From positions 1 through 64,000 of the forward strand of contig JAPEUD010000026.1 of the NCBI GenBank assembly GCA_026026165.1: 64,000 bases of DNA. The letters are read 5' to 3'. Below the pieces are notes generated by a model. It worked only from the letters and a program-made list of their open reading frames with translations. It ran no database searches and was not told the origin of the DNA. Origin of the DNA: Sarea resinae. Lineage: Eukaryota. The translations under genes were made by a program, and so were the position numbers. Position 1 is the stretch's first letter. Every line of letters begins with the position of its first letter. Shown here in pieces: positions 52,324-64,000 of the stretch.

Positions 52324-55300
52324 ATGGAGGACCTTCTAAAGCCCTTGAAATCTAGCTCAACAGTCACTCAGGGGAATGGAGATATATTTGAAGGCCGCTC
52401 TGCTCAGCCTCCGGAGGCAGCTGGACCGTCCAGTATTCCCATTTCCACGCCTCATGATGCCCTGGAGCTTCTGCGGTCACAACCTGATCATAAAACCTTA
52501 CTGAGGATATTCAAATTCATCGATCCCATCCAATCGGAACAGACAGGGTTCAATATCAATGCTCCTGGCCCAGCCTCTTCGCAACTTGTCAATGTCCTCG
52601 TCACGAAGATTGTTCCTGACTACTGGAGTATACTAGCCACGGAGACCTTGGCCGACGATGAGTCGTCAACATACACAGAGGAGCGTTCTGCTCTGCTTCG
52701 GTGTCTGAAGAGCGTGACAGGTTTAGGTGCTATCACAACTCAGCTGAATCTGATCGTTGTGCAGTCGAGAGGCGACAATGCTGAATCTGGACTTGCCAAG
52801 CCTGACATATCACAACATATTACAAACTTCCTCTCGGTCATGTTGGCTCTTATGGAGCATGATTCCTTTGTATGGGAGATATGGACGGAGATGACCAAAA
52901 TGACCATATCCGCAACTCAAGAAACTATGCTCTGGAAAGAATTCATTAGCCTGGTAGCATCTGGCAAAGTCCTTGCAATTGTGGCAGAGGCGGTGGATGT
53001 GGTAAAGAGTCTGAGTACAAGCCACACTGAAGACACCTGGATTGGCAATGGCCGAGATTACGCTTCGTGGATAGGGCAGAACATCGCCACTATGGCATCG
53101 AAGCTTCAGATCGGTGAGATAAAGACATGGAAAGCTCTGGCTCAATTTTGCGCCAAATCTTTCAGCTTAGGCTATCTAGGTCAATGCAACTCTACAGATG
53201 AGCGAATCATATCATCACTAACGAAAGGCAGATCCAATTGTGCAGCAAGTGTACTACGGACTCCTAATAAGACGCAGCGCGCTCTGGGTTCAGCTGCGCT
53301 CTATGCTAGCGTATCTTCAAGAACACGAGCAGAAACACTTTCTCTACTCAATGCTTCGAGTTGTCTCTAGGGAATCTCTTGGTCCTAGCCAGAAGTCGGA
53401 CACTGACTTGCGTAATCGCGATGATGAAAGGGCAGTCGCGGGGGCCTCGGCACTTCTAGCCGGCACCATTTTTGAGAACAGAGTACTCAAAAATAGTCTC
53501 GCAACTTGGCTCACGGGAAATTCTGGTGGCGGCAGCAGTAGAGAGGGTATAAACGTCAGAAGAGCAGCTATAGCTGCACTGTCATCCGATGAAGGTATGA
53601 GTAAATCTGCTGGTCTTGAGGGCGACGCTCACCCAGGTTAGACCAATTGCAGATGGTATTGGAACAGTGTATGCAGACGTTTGGAGACAAGCTATACATC
53701 AAGCATACACCGATCATGCATCAAGAAGGTGAAGAAGGCCTCCAAATACGCTAAAATCTGCTAAAACAGTTGTTAGTCAACGCACAAGTTCTACTACTTA
53801 GCGCGGGATACACTCACCGATCGAGTCCAATGTTTTTGTTTACTCTAGCCCGTTCTAGCATTCATCTTAACAGCATATCCAATCGACTTGCTTCTTCATC
53901 GCCCAGAGCACGCTTCTTAGGCATGGTTGTTGGCGTTATCATCTCAGAATTGATCGACAAACCAGATAAGCGGATGGCCTTTGGTACAGAGGGAATGGAT
54001 AGCCCCGAAGCGCGATGGTATAAGAGTCTAGCGCACATTCATGACGAGGTTGGCTCGTTAGATGATTTGGTGACTCGGGATATTGACCTTGCCGGCACGC
54101 CTTCTAAAGGAGTTCAACCCCGCTCAACAGAGAGGCATCCCCGTAAAGCTCCAGCCAAGGGCCACGACGATTCTCTATCTACCAACAATAAAGCGAATCC
54201 TGCATTCTCCGCCCGCAGAGGAGGTTCGAAGATAATCTCAATAAAAGAAGTCGACGACGAGAGCGGGAGTGAAGAGGATGAGGAATTTGTTCCGTATCAG
54301 AAGCCAGATTCGGATGCTGAAGACGAAGATGACGATCCGACATTAGTACAACGCAACAAGCCTACCGCTCCAGTGTAAGTCAATCCCTTAAGCCTCTCAT
54401 CGGTGTGACCTAATGTCTCTAGCTATATCCGTGACTTGCTTTCCGGACTTCGAGAGACGGAGAACTACGATCGCCTGCGGATGGCGCTTACATCAGCTGC
54501 TAGCCTAATCAGACGGAAAGCCAATTTCGGGAGTGAAGTTACAGAGCACTCGCATGAGTTGGCCATCGTTTTAACAGGCCTCCATGATAAATTTGAGATG
54601 GAAAATTTTCATGAATCGCGCCTGCAGGCTATGATCGCCTTGCTCGTAGCCCAGCCCCTGAAAATGGGTCAGTGGTTCTCCAAGGCTTTCTTCGAGGGAG
54701 ACTACTCGATGGGTCAACGTGCTTCTATCCTTACTACTCTCGGCATGGGAGCAAGGGAATTGGCCGGGTATAAAGACGAAGATGGTGCTCTAACAGGTGC
54801 AAATTTAATACCTGAGCATCCCTTTCCGTCGAAGGAATTGCCCGAGAGTCTATATAGTAGGTTTTCTGCCGACACATCAGGAATCGATGTTTTGGCAAAG
54901 AAATTACAGCATGCAATGATCGAGCCGATGGCTGTCGAAGCAGTGGACAATCTTTCCGGACCGAAGGCTTTGAAAGTTCGAACTTTCTCCTCCCGAATGG
55001 AGGTAGAGCGAAAACGCAAGAAGCCAATCTCGAATGAGCTTGCGAAGGTCGTAGCTGAAGGATTCTTTTTCCCGCTTACGGGTCAATGGTGGGTCCATAT
55101 ACAAGCATTGTGAGTATCTTGCCTCCTTCACCAGTAAAAGTCATTAATGCCCCTTTCCAGCGGCAAAAAAAGCGTCCAATTCTCTCCTTTCCTCCTGTCC
55201 ACCTATCTCAAGACTCTTTCTCTCATCCTCAACGCCTCTGGTGCCTCTACCGTCGCCCTCCCTCAGATGACATCTGAATTATGGGATCTGCTCCTCTCGT

Positions 55301-55581
55301 TACGCACCGAATCTGCAAACGACTCTTCCGTGCTGGAAGCCCTATTGTTCGCAATCTTAACATTGTTGGATATCAATGATGACAAGCGCCGGCTGGTTGA
55401 AGAGCATTCGCGCGAACTACTGGAGACGCAAGGGTGGGCCGAGATGATATTCAGTAGGACTGCTGGGGTGGATGAAGAGGGAGAACGTGTGAGGATGTTA
55501 GTCGCTGGTGTGCTAGTGAGGACCAGAGAGGTCGTGGAGAAGTATCAAAGGTTATTAATGGGTGATATGGTGGATTACTGA
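52324..55581 (+). CDS. TEL2: Tel2/TELO2 (TTT co-chaperone), 6 exons
   Basis: FGDKLYIKHTPIMHQE, ISNRLASSSPRARFLGMVV, KPDSDAEDEDDDPTL, PVYIRDLL, SLIRRKANFG and FFEGDYSMGQR. Confidence 0.9.
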
Positions 55582-55938
55582 GGCAACATGGTACCTCGTG
55601 ACGGCGTCGATTAATTTCTACGGATGCACGACAGAAATGATCTTCCACCTCCAGTTGAAAGTGGCCTCGTTACGTCTGAGATAGATCAGCGGCCACGAAT
55701 CGTCCTCGTTCGCGCCGGAGAGATGAGCTGTCTATGAACAAAAGGCCATATGTCCTAGTCGATCCTGAGACACTTGATGAGAGCTCCTCATTGGCTAAGA
55801 AGTGAGCTCTTTGGCGAGCATTGTGCTTCTTAGCTTCGTACGGTGCGAAATGCTGACCCACGATGTCAATATACGGTCACAACCATTGAAGCCGCATTGC
55901 GCCGTGTGAGATTTTAGGAAGCTAACCAACGTATGAGT

Positions 55939-56270
55939 GGCCTTGACGCAAAGATTGACATTGATGGGCTTTCTCGCGGGCAGCGGCAGCTGTCTTGCCT
56001 CGCCAGAGCTTTATTGGTGAAGGTCGTCCTTTTTGATGAAGCGAGCAATGACGCCGACCCGCTGTCCGGAGAGTTGATAAGGCAATGGAAGTCTTGAGGG
56101 AAGAATTTGCGAAATGCACGCTCATAGTCGTGGCACATCGCATTGGTGCCATTGTGGATATCGACCGCGTCGCCGTAATAGCTGCTGGGAATATCGTCGA
56201 GTGGGATGGGCCAGAAAAGCTCTTTGGTGCGGACAGTCAGTCCACGCGTCCATGGGAATTGAGTGGATAG
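55939..56270 (+). pseudogene. Degenerate ABCC/MRP transporter NBD2 fragment
   Basis: GLSRGQRQLSCLARALL-VKVVLFDEAS (signature and Walker B), a frameshift near 56085, then LREEFAKCTLIVVAHRIGAIVDIDRVAV...GNIVEWDGPEKL. No upstream TM domains. Confidence 0.8.
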
Positions 56271-59200
56271 ACGTTCTCATAACTACTGCGGAATTATCTA
56301 CACTCCATCCACTTTCCCAATGATCTCTCACTGTCTGCCATAGTCAAAATTTTGGAGGATAGTCAGGTTGAATGGCCTGTAGCCCGCTGTATGAGCTTCC
56401 GGTAACTTACCAAGATTATGGAAGTTTAGCTTTAGGAACGAGAAACCACATCAGGTTCCTATACGAGGATACTTGATTCCCTATTCATCGTCAAAATAGC
56501 TACTTTCGAAATATTTACCTTTTCGCTGGCTATAAAGAGTGTAAATATAGGCATCAGGCAAGTTGAGCCTATGATCGTTAGTGATGACCTGAGAGGTTGG
56601 GGAGCGAGAACCTTGGAAGTATCAGAGGTTCCGTTCTCTTCGGACAAATCGTTCAGGCGAGGCATAATCATGACTCTTAACATTGAAATAGCAGCAGGCG
56701 GAGATACTCTAGCAATCTACCGGGGGTTGGATACACGATGATGTCATGGTTCCCAGGTGCCTGACAGCGAGCCAGACGGCATGGAGCCTCCAGAGATGTT
56801 AGGGAAGTAGCAGTAGGCACCTACTCAGGAGTCCGGAGTACACACCACCCCAGTAAAAGATCAGATGAGATAATCTTTCCAGCGACACATTGCTGTTGCA
56901 ACATAAGAACAACAAGCAATAGAAAAGGATCTTCAGTAATGGGACACGCAGCGACACGCAGCGTGAAGGCAGAGGCTATAGGTACCTGGGTTCCTCACCT
57001 AGAGTCCTTATCCTTTACGTGTCGTCGATGTCGTTTTAGAAACCGGACGTTGAAGGGTCCCAGCAGGCTGGAAAAATGTTAGTCTCCTTTGGGGATGAAC
57101 CGAAAGTCCTCCGTCCCTACTCCGTACTCCGTACAGGGCAGGGTAGCGAGCGTCCCTGCATGTTGCTCTTTGTGATTCGGCTAATGGCCAAGAGCCAATG
57201 AATTCCTCGGTACGCAACGAAGACTCGGTACTTTCCATGCTGTCTACTGCGTAGGTGAATGGATCCGCGGTCCCCAAAACGAATACGGAGCCGATCGTAA
57301 GGTACGAAGTACTCCATGCCTGATAGTACTGCGGCAAGTACGGAGTACTCTGTGTTCGAGCCGGTGGAAGGACCTCGGACGTCTTCTGCAGCCAGCCGTC
57401 GAGAACATAGAAGTGCCACTCAAGGCACCTTCCTGGATGACTCGATGATCTCGTGCTCTCGTCCTACTTCGAGCAAAGTCCCGTCAGCAAGGAAGCCACC
57501 TCGAGCCCCATACGCAGTAGATACTCTGAGTGCTTGGTAAGGAGGTACTACGCAGTAAGTCTGTTTTCGGGTTACTCTACTCTGAGAGCGCGGGAGGCAA
57601 GCAAGGTACGAAAATCGATCTCTACCAATGATACCGCCCAAGCGACTTATGGTACCGTGTAGGAGGTAGGTAGGTACCCAGCATAGCTTTCCAGGTGCCT
57701 GAGAGTACTCCGGAGTACTCCAGCGTCCACCCCCCGGCGATCAGTACGGCGACTGTACAAGAAGACACCTACACTCACTCCATGGTCCCGACCAATTGCT
57801 CCCACGAAGCGCGATCTGCAACCAAATGCCAACGAAGGGGAACCGAGACGTGCCGGCAACACCTCAGATTCACCTCACTAACCCGGAGTACCACCACCAC
57901 CACCTTGACTACGTAGTACTGCGCCTAGATGATGGGATGGATCCGTTGGCCTGCATGGCTGCCATCAGCCAGAACAATGTCTTTTTCTTAATATGAATCA
58001 GACAAAGACAGGAGTGGAAAGGACCAGAGTTTTTCCATTGTACGGACTACGAGTGAATTTAAAGCGATCATTAAGTTAGGGTCCTGTCAGTTTCTCTACC
58101 TCTCGACTACCGCAATAGAGCCTTCCGCATTCCCCACAGTGGCGTGGAGTAGCTCAGGTAGATACCTTGCTTGAAAGACGGCCTACCTACTGCGCAGTAC
58201 CGCCACCTTGAAGGTAGCTAGGTAGGTCGAAAGTAGGTACATTATTGAGTATCAAAGATGGAACATCGAACATCTCAGCCATCAGGCAGAGCTTCGTAGG
58301 TTTCCAAGTTCCTCTCTTCAAGATTGCTAATGACAAGGTTTGCGGTATGAGGTTCTCTTGAAAAGTGTTGTCAGGTAGAGTACCACGATCATGGACGAAG
58401 CTTCCAATTCAGAAAGTACCTTACTTACATACAAGAATGGACACTCGTGGATCCGTGAACGATAACAACAACGACCATTCAGGTCAACTGATCGATCCTT
58501 CGAGACAGTGGAGTAATAACAGTAGTAGGAGTGCTCTATGCTGGGATCCGTATTACCTAGTAGAGTAAGGGCGTGTACGTGTGTGCCAGCACTGGAGGTC
58601 AAGCAGATGCTCATATCTGCCTACCTACCTTGCCTACCTTACCTTACCTACCCATCTGACAGTCGTAAAACACTACCGTGGCCCGTGGGTGGGCTCCTTC
58701 ATACTACGACCAACATAGTAATTCGTACATGGTAATTCGTACCTTCTGGACGCCCATCCATATATGGTAGACTGGTAGACCCTCCAGAGCGAACTACTAC
58801 ACGGATATATCACTCACATCCCATCCCATCCCAATCCTAATCCCATCTCTCTATTCCTCCCTCGCTCCCTCGCTCCCCTCCCATATTCCCGTCCAATCCT
58901 CTTGAGCTCGCCTTCCTTTCATGGCCCTTTTCCCTTTCAACGTCTCATATACTCATACGAGCCCATCAATCTCCAATGACTCGAGGTAATGCATCCCTCT
59001 CATGGGCTCAGTTGCATTTTCCTCGCTTGCTTTGATTCTCGAATATCTTACTAAAGTAGCTCGCCGTCCAACCCATTCGCCTTGATATCTCAGGCACTCG
59101 CGACCTCTTTCCGCGCATCCGCGCGAGAGAACACCACCATACATACATTCTGACCTAGCGGCCACGCCGCGTTCACCATCACCTCGCTTTTCCCTAGATG

Positions 59201-59372
59201 CGGAACGAATTCCGATTTGTCGGCCTGAGATAGCAGTCAACTGCGCCTGCTTCGCATAATTTGGCATAACTCTCGTCTCCATACGGTCACGCAAAGGCCA
59301 CTTGCAGCTACATCTCCGCCAGAGCAATTGCCCTGACGAAACTGTAGCTGCACAGTCGGCACCCTTGGCATT

Positions 59373-62300
59373 ATGACAAGTGCAGACGAGGAAGCTCAAT
59401 CTGGTATTCAATCTCGTCAAATTTCTACGGAGGTGATGGATACGAATGAAGGACAAGCGTTGTCCGTGGACTCTCGTCCTGTTCAAGAGGGAGAACGAAA
59501 GCGGACCACGGACTCGGCAACAGAAGAATCCTCGATCGACAAACCACCACAATCTCAACCCATGACTGCGAGCTCCTCGTCCTCATCCGATAAAATGCCC
59601 AAGGGTACTAATTCCACGGCAAAAAATGGAGCTTCGCCATACGGTACACGATCTCGGAATAGGACCGGCGCCCAGCGTCCAAACTATGCCGAAGACAAAG
59701 AAGTCGAGATGGACTATGAATATACGGCTCCAAAGATAAGCAATGGCATCGTGGGAAATAAAGCTGCTGCTTCGGAGGCAAGCAATGGCGATGTTCAGGC
59801 GGGCCACAGTGGACGATCCTCTGGTGTCAACACTCGTCGAGCTTCCGCTGCTGCCAATGGAGCCACTACGTCGACCAGCACATCGACGACGGCAGCAAAG
59901 GAACAAATCCCGGGCACTTTGACTTTTTCAGCGAACCCCAGCGCAAGCGTAGCGCCTCCGAATTCGAAAAAGAGAAAAGCTACCGGGGCCGGTAGTTCCG
60001 CAGGGACCCAGGGCGCAGGTACGAACCAGACAGTGGGTGGGCAGACATCGACGAGAAGGTCAACAAATGCGGTCACAACAAGCTCTTCTTATCGGGAGAC
60101 GAACATTCCGAGTTTTGATAATTGCCAGAGGTATCTTAAAAATGGCAAATTGAAGGCCGACGACGGCACTACTTTTTCCGTCAATGGTATGTGTCGCCAG
60201 TCCTTCGCATTCGAATTTTCTCTACCACTTTTATGTCACGGACAGCTGACCGGGCCCCAGATAATGCCTACTTGATTTGCGAACCGCCCGGTGAACCTTA
60301 CTACTTGGCTCGCATCATGGAATTCCTCCATGTAGATAATATGCCAGAGGCTCCTATCGACGCCTTGCGAGTCAATTGGTTCTACCGACCTCGCGACATC
60401 CAACGCAAGGTTACTGATACCAGGCTTGTATTTGCGACTATGCACTCCGACACTTGTCCACTCACCTCCCTTCGGGGAAAGTGTCAGATTCTCCACAAAA
60501 GCGAGATTCCAGACCTCGATACTTACCGGAAGACGAAGGATTGTTTCTGGTACGAAAAAATGTTCGATCGATATATCGAGAAACCATACGAGATCATCCC
60601 TGTCAAGCAGATAATCAACGTTCCTGCGAAGGTCAAGAAGGCTTTGGATGAGAGGTGGAAATTTGTCATAGTTGAAATTGGCAGAGGCAAGGAGTTGACA
60701 AGCGCGGTAAAGTCTTGCAAGAGATGTGCAGGCTATTGCGCCAGGTTTGTGGGACTCTAAACCTTTTGAATTCTAGTCTAACATGCCGCCTATCAGCAAC
60801 GATTCAGTTGAGTGCGCGGTTTGCCATAATACGTACCACATGAACTGTGTTCGGCCACCCTTACAAAAGAAGCCTTCTCGTGGATTTGGATGGTCTTGCG
60901 GTCCTTGTAGTCGGGCTCAGGAGCGGAAGCTGGAGGCCCGTAACACACCTCTTATTGGCGAAGCTCTAAATGATGCAGAAGAAGAAGAATACTTCGACGA
61001 GGACGAAGATGAGCCCCCTGGACGACTTACAAGCACCGGCGACAACACTCCCGCCCAGTTGGAACATCATGACCATCCGGCGACAGCCGAGCAGATAGCT
61101 CAGACGAAGCTATGGCCATACCGTTACCTCGGTATCCACTGCCGGGTCGAGGATGCGTTAGATTACGATGATCGTATCTATCCGCGCGCGAGCTCGAGAC
61201 TGGGACCCAGGCATCAGGCTAACGTGAATATCTGGCACGGCAGGCCTGTCGAATACGTCAAAGCATCAGAAATTAAGCGCCGGTATGGTAAAGGAGGGGC
61301 TAGCAAGAAAGATGGAAAACTATCAAAGGAGACAATGGCTGCAATAGAGGCCGAAAAAACGGCTAGAGAAAAACGGCCCAAATGGGTCATGGACGAACCA
61401 CCTGGTTATATTCACCGTGGGGAAGACAAGACCAATGACGATCAAAGCTGTACAGCGAAGCTCCTATGGCGGATGCCCACGATTGAAGAAATCTCATCCA
61501 CGAGAGGGGAAGAGATGGATTCAGGGGATCTGCCAAAAACCGATCAACGAGAAAAGCTTGTGGATAACTATATGACCCGTGCCAGGGGTCTCGCCAAGGA
61601 TGTCGGGGTAAAGGACTATTCAACGAATTTCTTGGACAAAGCGTTGGAGCTTCTGTACAAGAACAATTATGCTGTCGAAGAAGCTCTGAGACAGCTTAAG
61701 ATGATCAACAAGCGCAAGGACCTCAAGGAGCCGGAGCTTAACAGAGAGGAGCTGAAGCGATTTGAGGAAGGCGTTGGCAAATATGGCTCGGAGCTTCACA
61801 GCGTCACTAAACACGTGAAGACCGTGAAAGAAGCGGACATCGTTCGATTTTATTACATGTGGAAGAAGACGGACAGGGGCAGGCAAATATGGGGAAACTA
61901 TGAGGGTAGAAAAGGCAAGAAAGCACTGAAAATGTCCGAGGCCAATGCTTCGAAACTGGCGGATGACGTCGCAGATGACCAAGACGACTCTGCCTTCGAT
62001 AACGACAAAGCTGCTGAACGTAAACGTGGCTTTGAGTGCAAATTCTGCTCTTCGCGCAAATCTCGCCAATGGCGACGCGCACCGGGTATTGCACCGGGCA
62101 CGACTATTCCAGCTGATCCTAACGCAAAGGGGAGCAAGGACAAAAACAACCAACTTGTTGTTGCTTTATGTCATCGGTGCGCTGGTCTTTGGAGGAAATA
62201 TGCCATACAGTGGGAGAATATCGATGAAGTGGCGAAGAAGGTTGCGCAAGGCGGTGGACGAGCTTGGAAGCGGCGGATTGATGAAGAACTATTAACAGAA

Positions 62301-64000
62301 CTTGTCGCTGCGAACGAAGCAGCTTCTGCCGGGACTAATAGCATGACAAGTGGCGCGACTGCACCATCGTCTAATTCATCAGTCACCCAGACTGGGCAGG
62401 AGCCCGCCAAAAAGAAGCTCAAGGCAGCCACAGAAAAAGAGTCACGTTCTACGCCTGCGAGCGATTCAGCACATGTCACAACCGCGAATGGCACGAAAAA
62501 GAAAGCCACCGAGCAGCCTGCTGCTCCGCCTCCTAAGCCTGAAATTCCGAAGCCCAAAATTCTTCCTTGTGCTATCTGTGAACAGATGGAACCGATGGGC
62601 GATCAACATTTAGCATGTAGAGAATGCAGGATGACAGTACATCGAAGCTGCTATGGCGTTGGAGAAGTGCGAAATCCAAACAAATGGGTTTGCGATATGT
62701 GCTCCAATGACAAAAATCCACAGGTCTCAACTGTAAGTGTACTCGAATCATATGGCAAGCTCGTACTAATTACGCAAAAGCTATACGAATGTGTACTCTG
62801 TCCTGTACGTTTCACCGAACATGACTTCGTGGAGCCACCAAAAGTCTCCCACAAGAAGAAGACCGACAAAGACCGCGAGAAAGAGCGACTTGAAAGGGAG
62901 CTTGCCGTCGAGGCTGCGCAATTTTATCGCCGAAAACAGGAGGAGCTCAATCGACCTCTAGACCCGCGAGAACCTCTCAAACGGACCGTCGGAAACAATT
63001 GGGTTCATGTATCCTGTGCTATTTGGACTCAAGAAACCAAATTCGGGAATGCTAAAGCACTTGAGCCTTGCGAAGGCATTGGCACTATTCCTTCGGCGCG
63101 ATATGAGCAGATTTGCAAGATCTGTAAGACGAACGATGGCGCTTGTGTTTCTTGCCATCAGTGTCACGCTCCTTTCCATGTTGGATGCGCCCAGCAGGCA
63201 GGCTATACGATGGGATTTGACGTTACCCCTGTGAAAGGTTCCCGGAGAGATTTGGTCAATACAGTCACCCTGGGAAAGGAGTCTGGCTCAATGACTGCGT
63301 TGATATGGTGCAAAGACCATGCGATCAAGTCTATTGTGCACCCAATGAGCGAAGTGGTCGACGACTCGGGAATTAACGCTCTTCAACTTTTCGTTCAGCT
63401 TTACAAGCAAGCGGACCTTGGTCTGACCGGCACCTCCCGCAAGGCCAATCTTTTGAATCAGTCAACAAAGCTCCCCACTACCACTTCAGCTGCCTCTGCC
63501 GGCAATCGTCGAGCATCAACAACTAATGGGACGCTACCCGTCGGTAGGAAGGGTTCGAGGTCCTCTCCAGCGGGTTCCTCCCCGAGAACAGAGTTGTCAA
63601 GTGTCCCACGCGAGGCCGAAGATAGCAGCGAGAGTGGAACAAGCAAAAAGAAATGCATCACCTGCGGCATCGACGTTAGTCCAAAATGGTGGAGACTAGA
63701 AGTCAAACTACCCAAATCTTCTACTCTGGTCCAGACGTCTCGTCCCTCCCTCCAACCATCGCCGACGCTTGAGGAGCCTCCGCAGGATGGTGTTCTGAAT
63801 GAAACATGCACTACGAAGGACATGTCTCCTAAGATGTCGGACGGCCAATCGAGTCAGATACCAGTCACCAACGGTCGCCGAGAGGAACTCTTCAATGATG
63901 GAATTGAGGACGTGTCTGCCGCTACTGCCGCGGCTCCCTCGACTAATACTCCAATTCAGAGCAAGCCTTCTTCGGCAGGTCCGGTGGCGGTCCAGTGTCA
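59373..64000 (+). CDS. SNT2: Snt2 BAH/PHD/ELM2/SANT chromatin protein, truncated by the window end; introns 60187-60260, 60745-60796, 62733-62780
   Basis: BAH YLICEPPGEPYYLARIMEF...VNWFYRPRDI; PHD CAVCHNTYHMNCVRPPL; WPYRYLGIHC; SANT VRFYYMWKK; further PHD fingers. Confidence 0.93.

Noticed and set aside
58976..59259. Spliced uORF in the SNT2 leader
   Set aside because: Branch motif lies only a few nt from the TAG and the TSS is unknown; too weak to call.

Overview
Gene-dense, intron-rich nuclear DNA from a filamentous ascomycete (Pezizomycotina; GT-AG introns of about 45-360 nt with CTRAY branch points). I assembled 23 spliced or single-exon protein genes by hand. In order: the 3' end of an NAD-dependent epimerase-like gene, FUN30/SMARCAD1, VMA21, a DUF2406 gene, RPL33 (not recovered by the ORF track), G6PD, a sucrose transporter, SEC20, MRPL44, IPP1, DSC4, RFC2, NOP14, an unknown gene, ORC3, a PPR gene, a G-patch gene, DUS2, NDUFS2, RPC40, UBA3, TEL2 and the 5' part of SNT2. 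The window also holds an intron-containing tRNA-Ile(UAU), an ABCC pseudogene fragment, a TpA-rich relic and microsatellites. No multi-gene novel system is evident. The best leads are at RNA level: (1) a candidate spliced 97-codon ORF running in sense through tRNA-Ile(UAU), next to DUS2; (2) a long, strongly structured DUF2406 intron with a sequestered alternative acceptor; (3) upstream-ATG mitochondrial-type extensions on IPP1 and DUS2; (4) frequent AAG splice acceptors and 6-10 nt microexons; (5) GTAC/GGAGTA-rich islands in long promoters. Family calls rest on motif recognition only; no searches were run.
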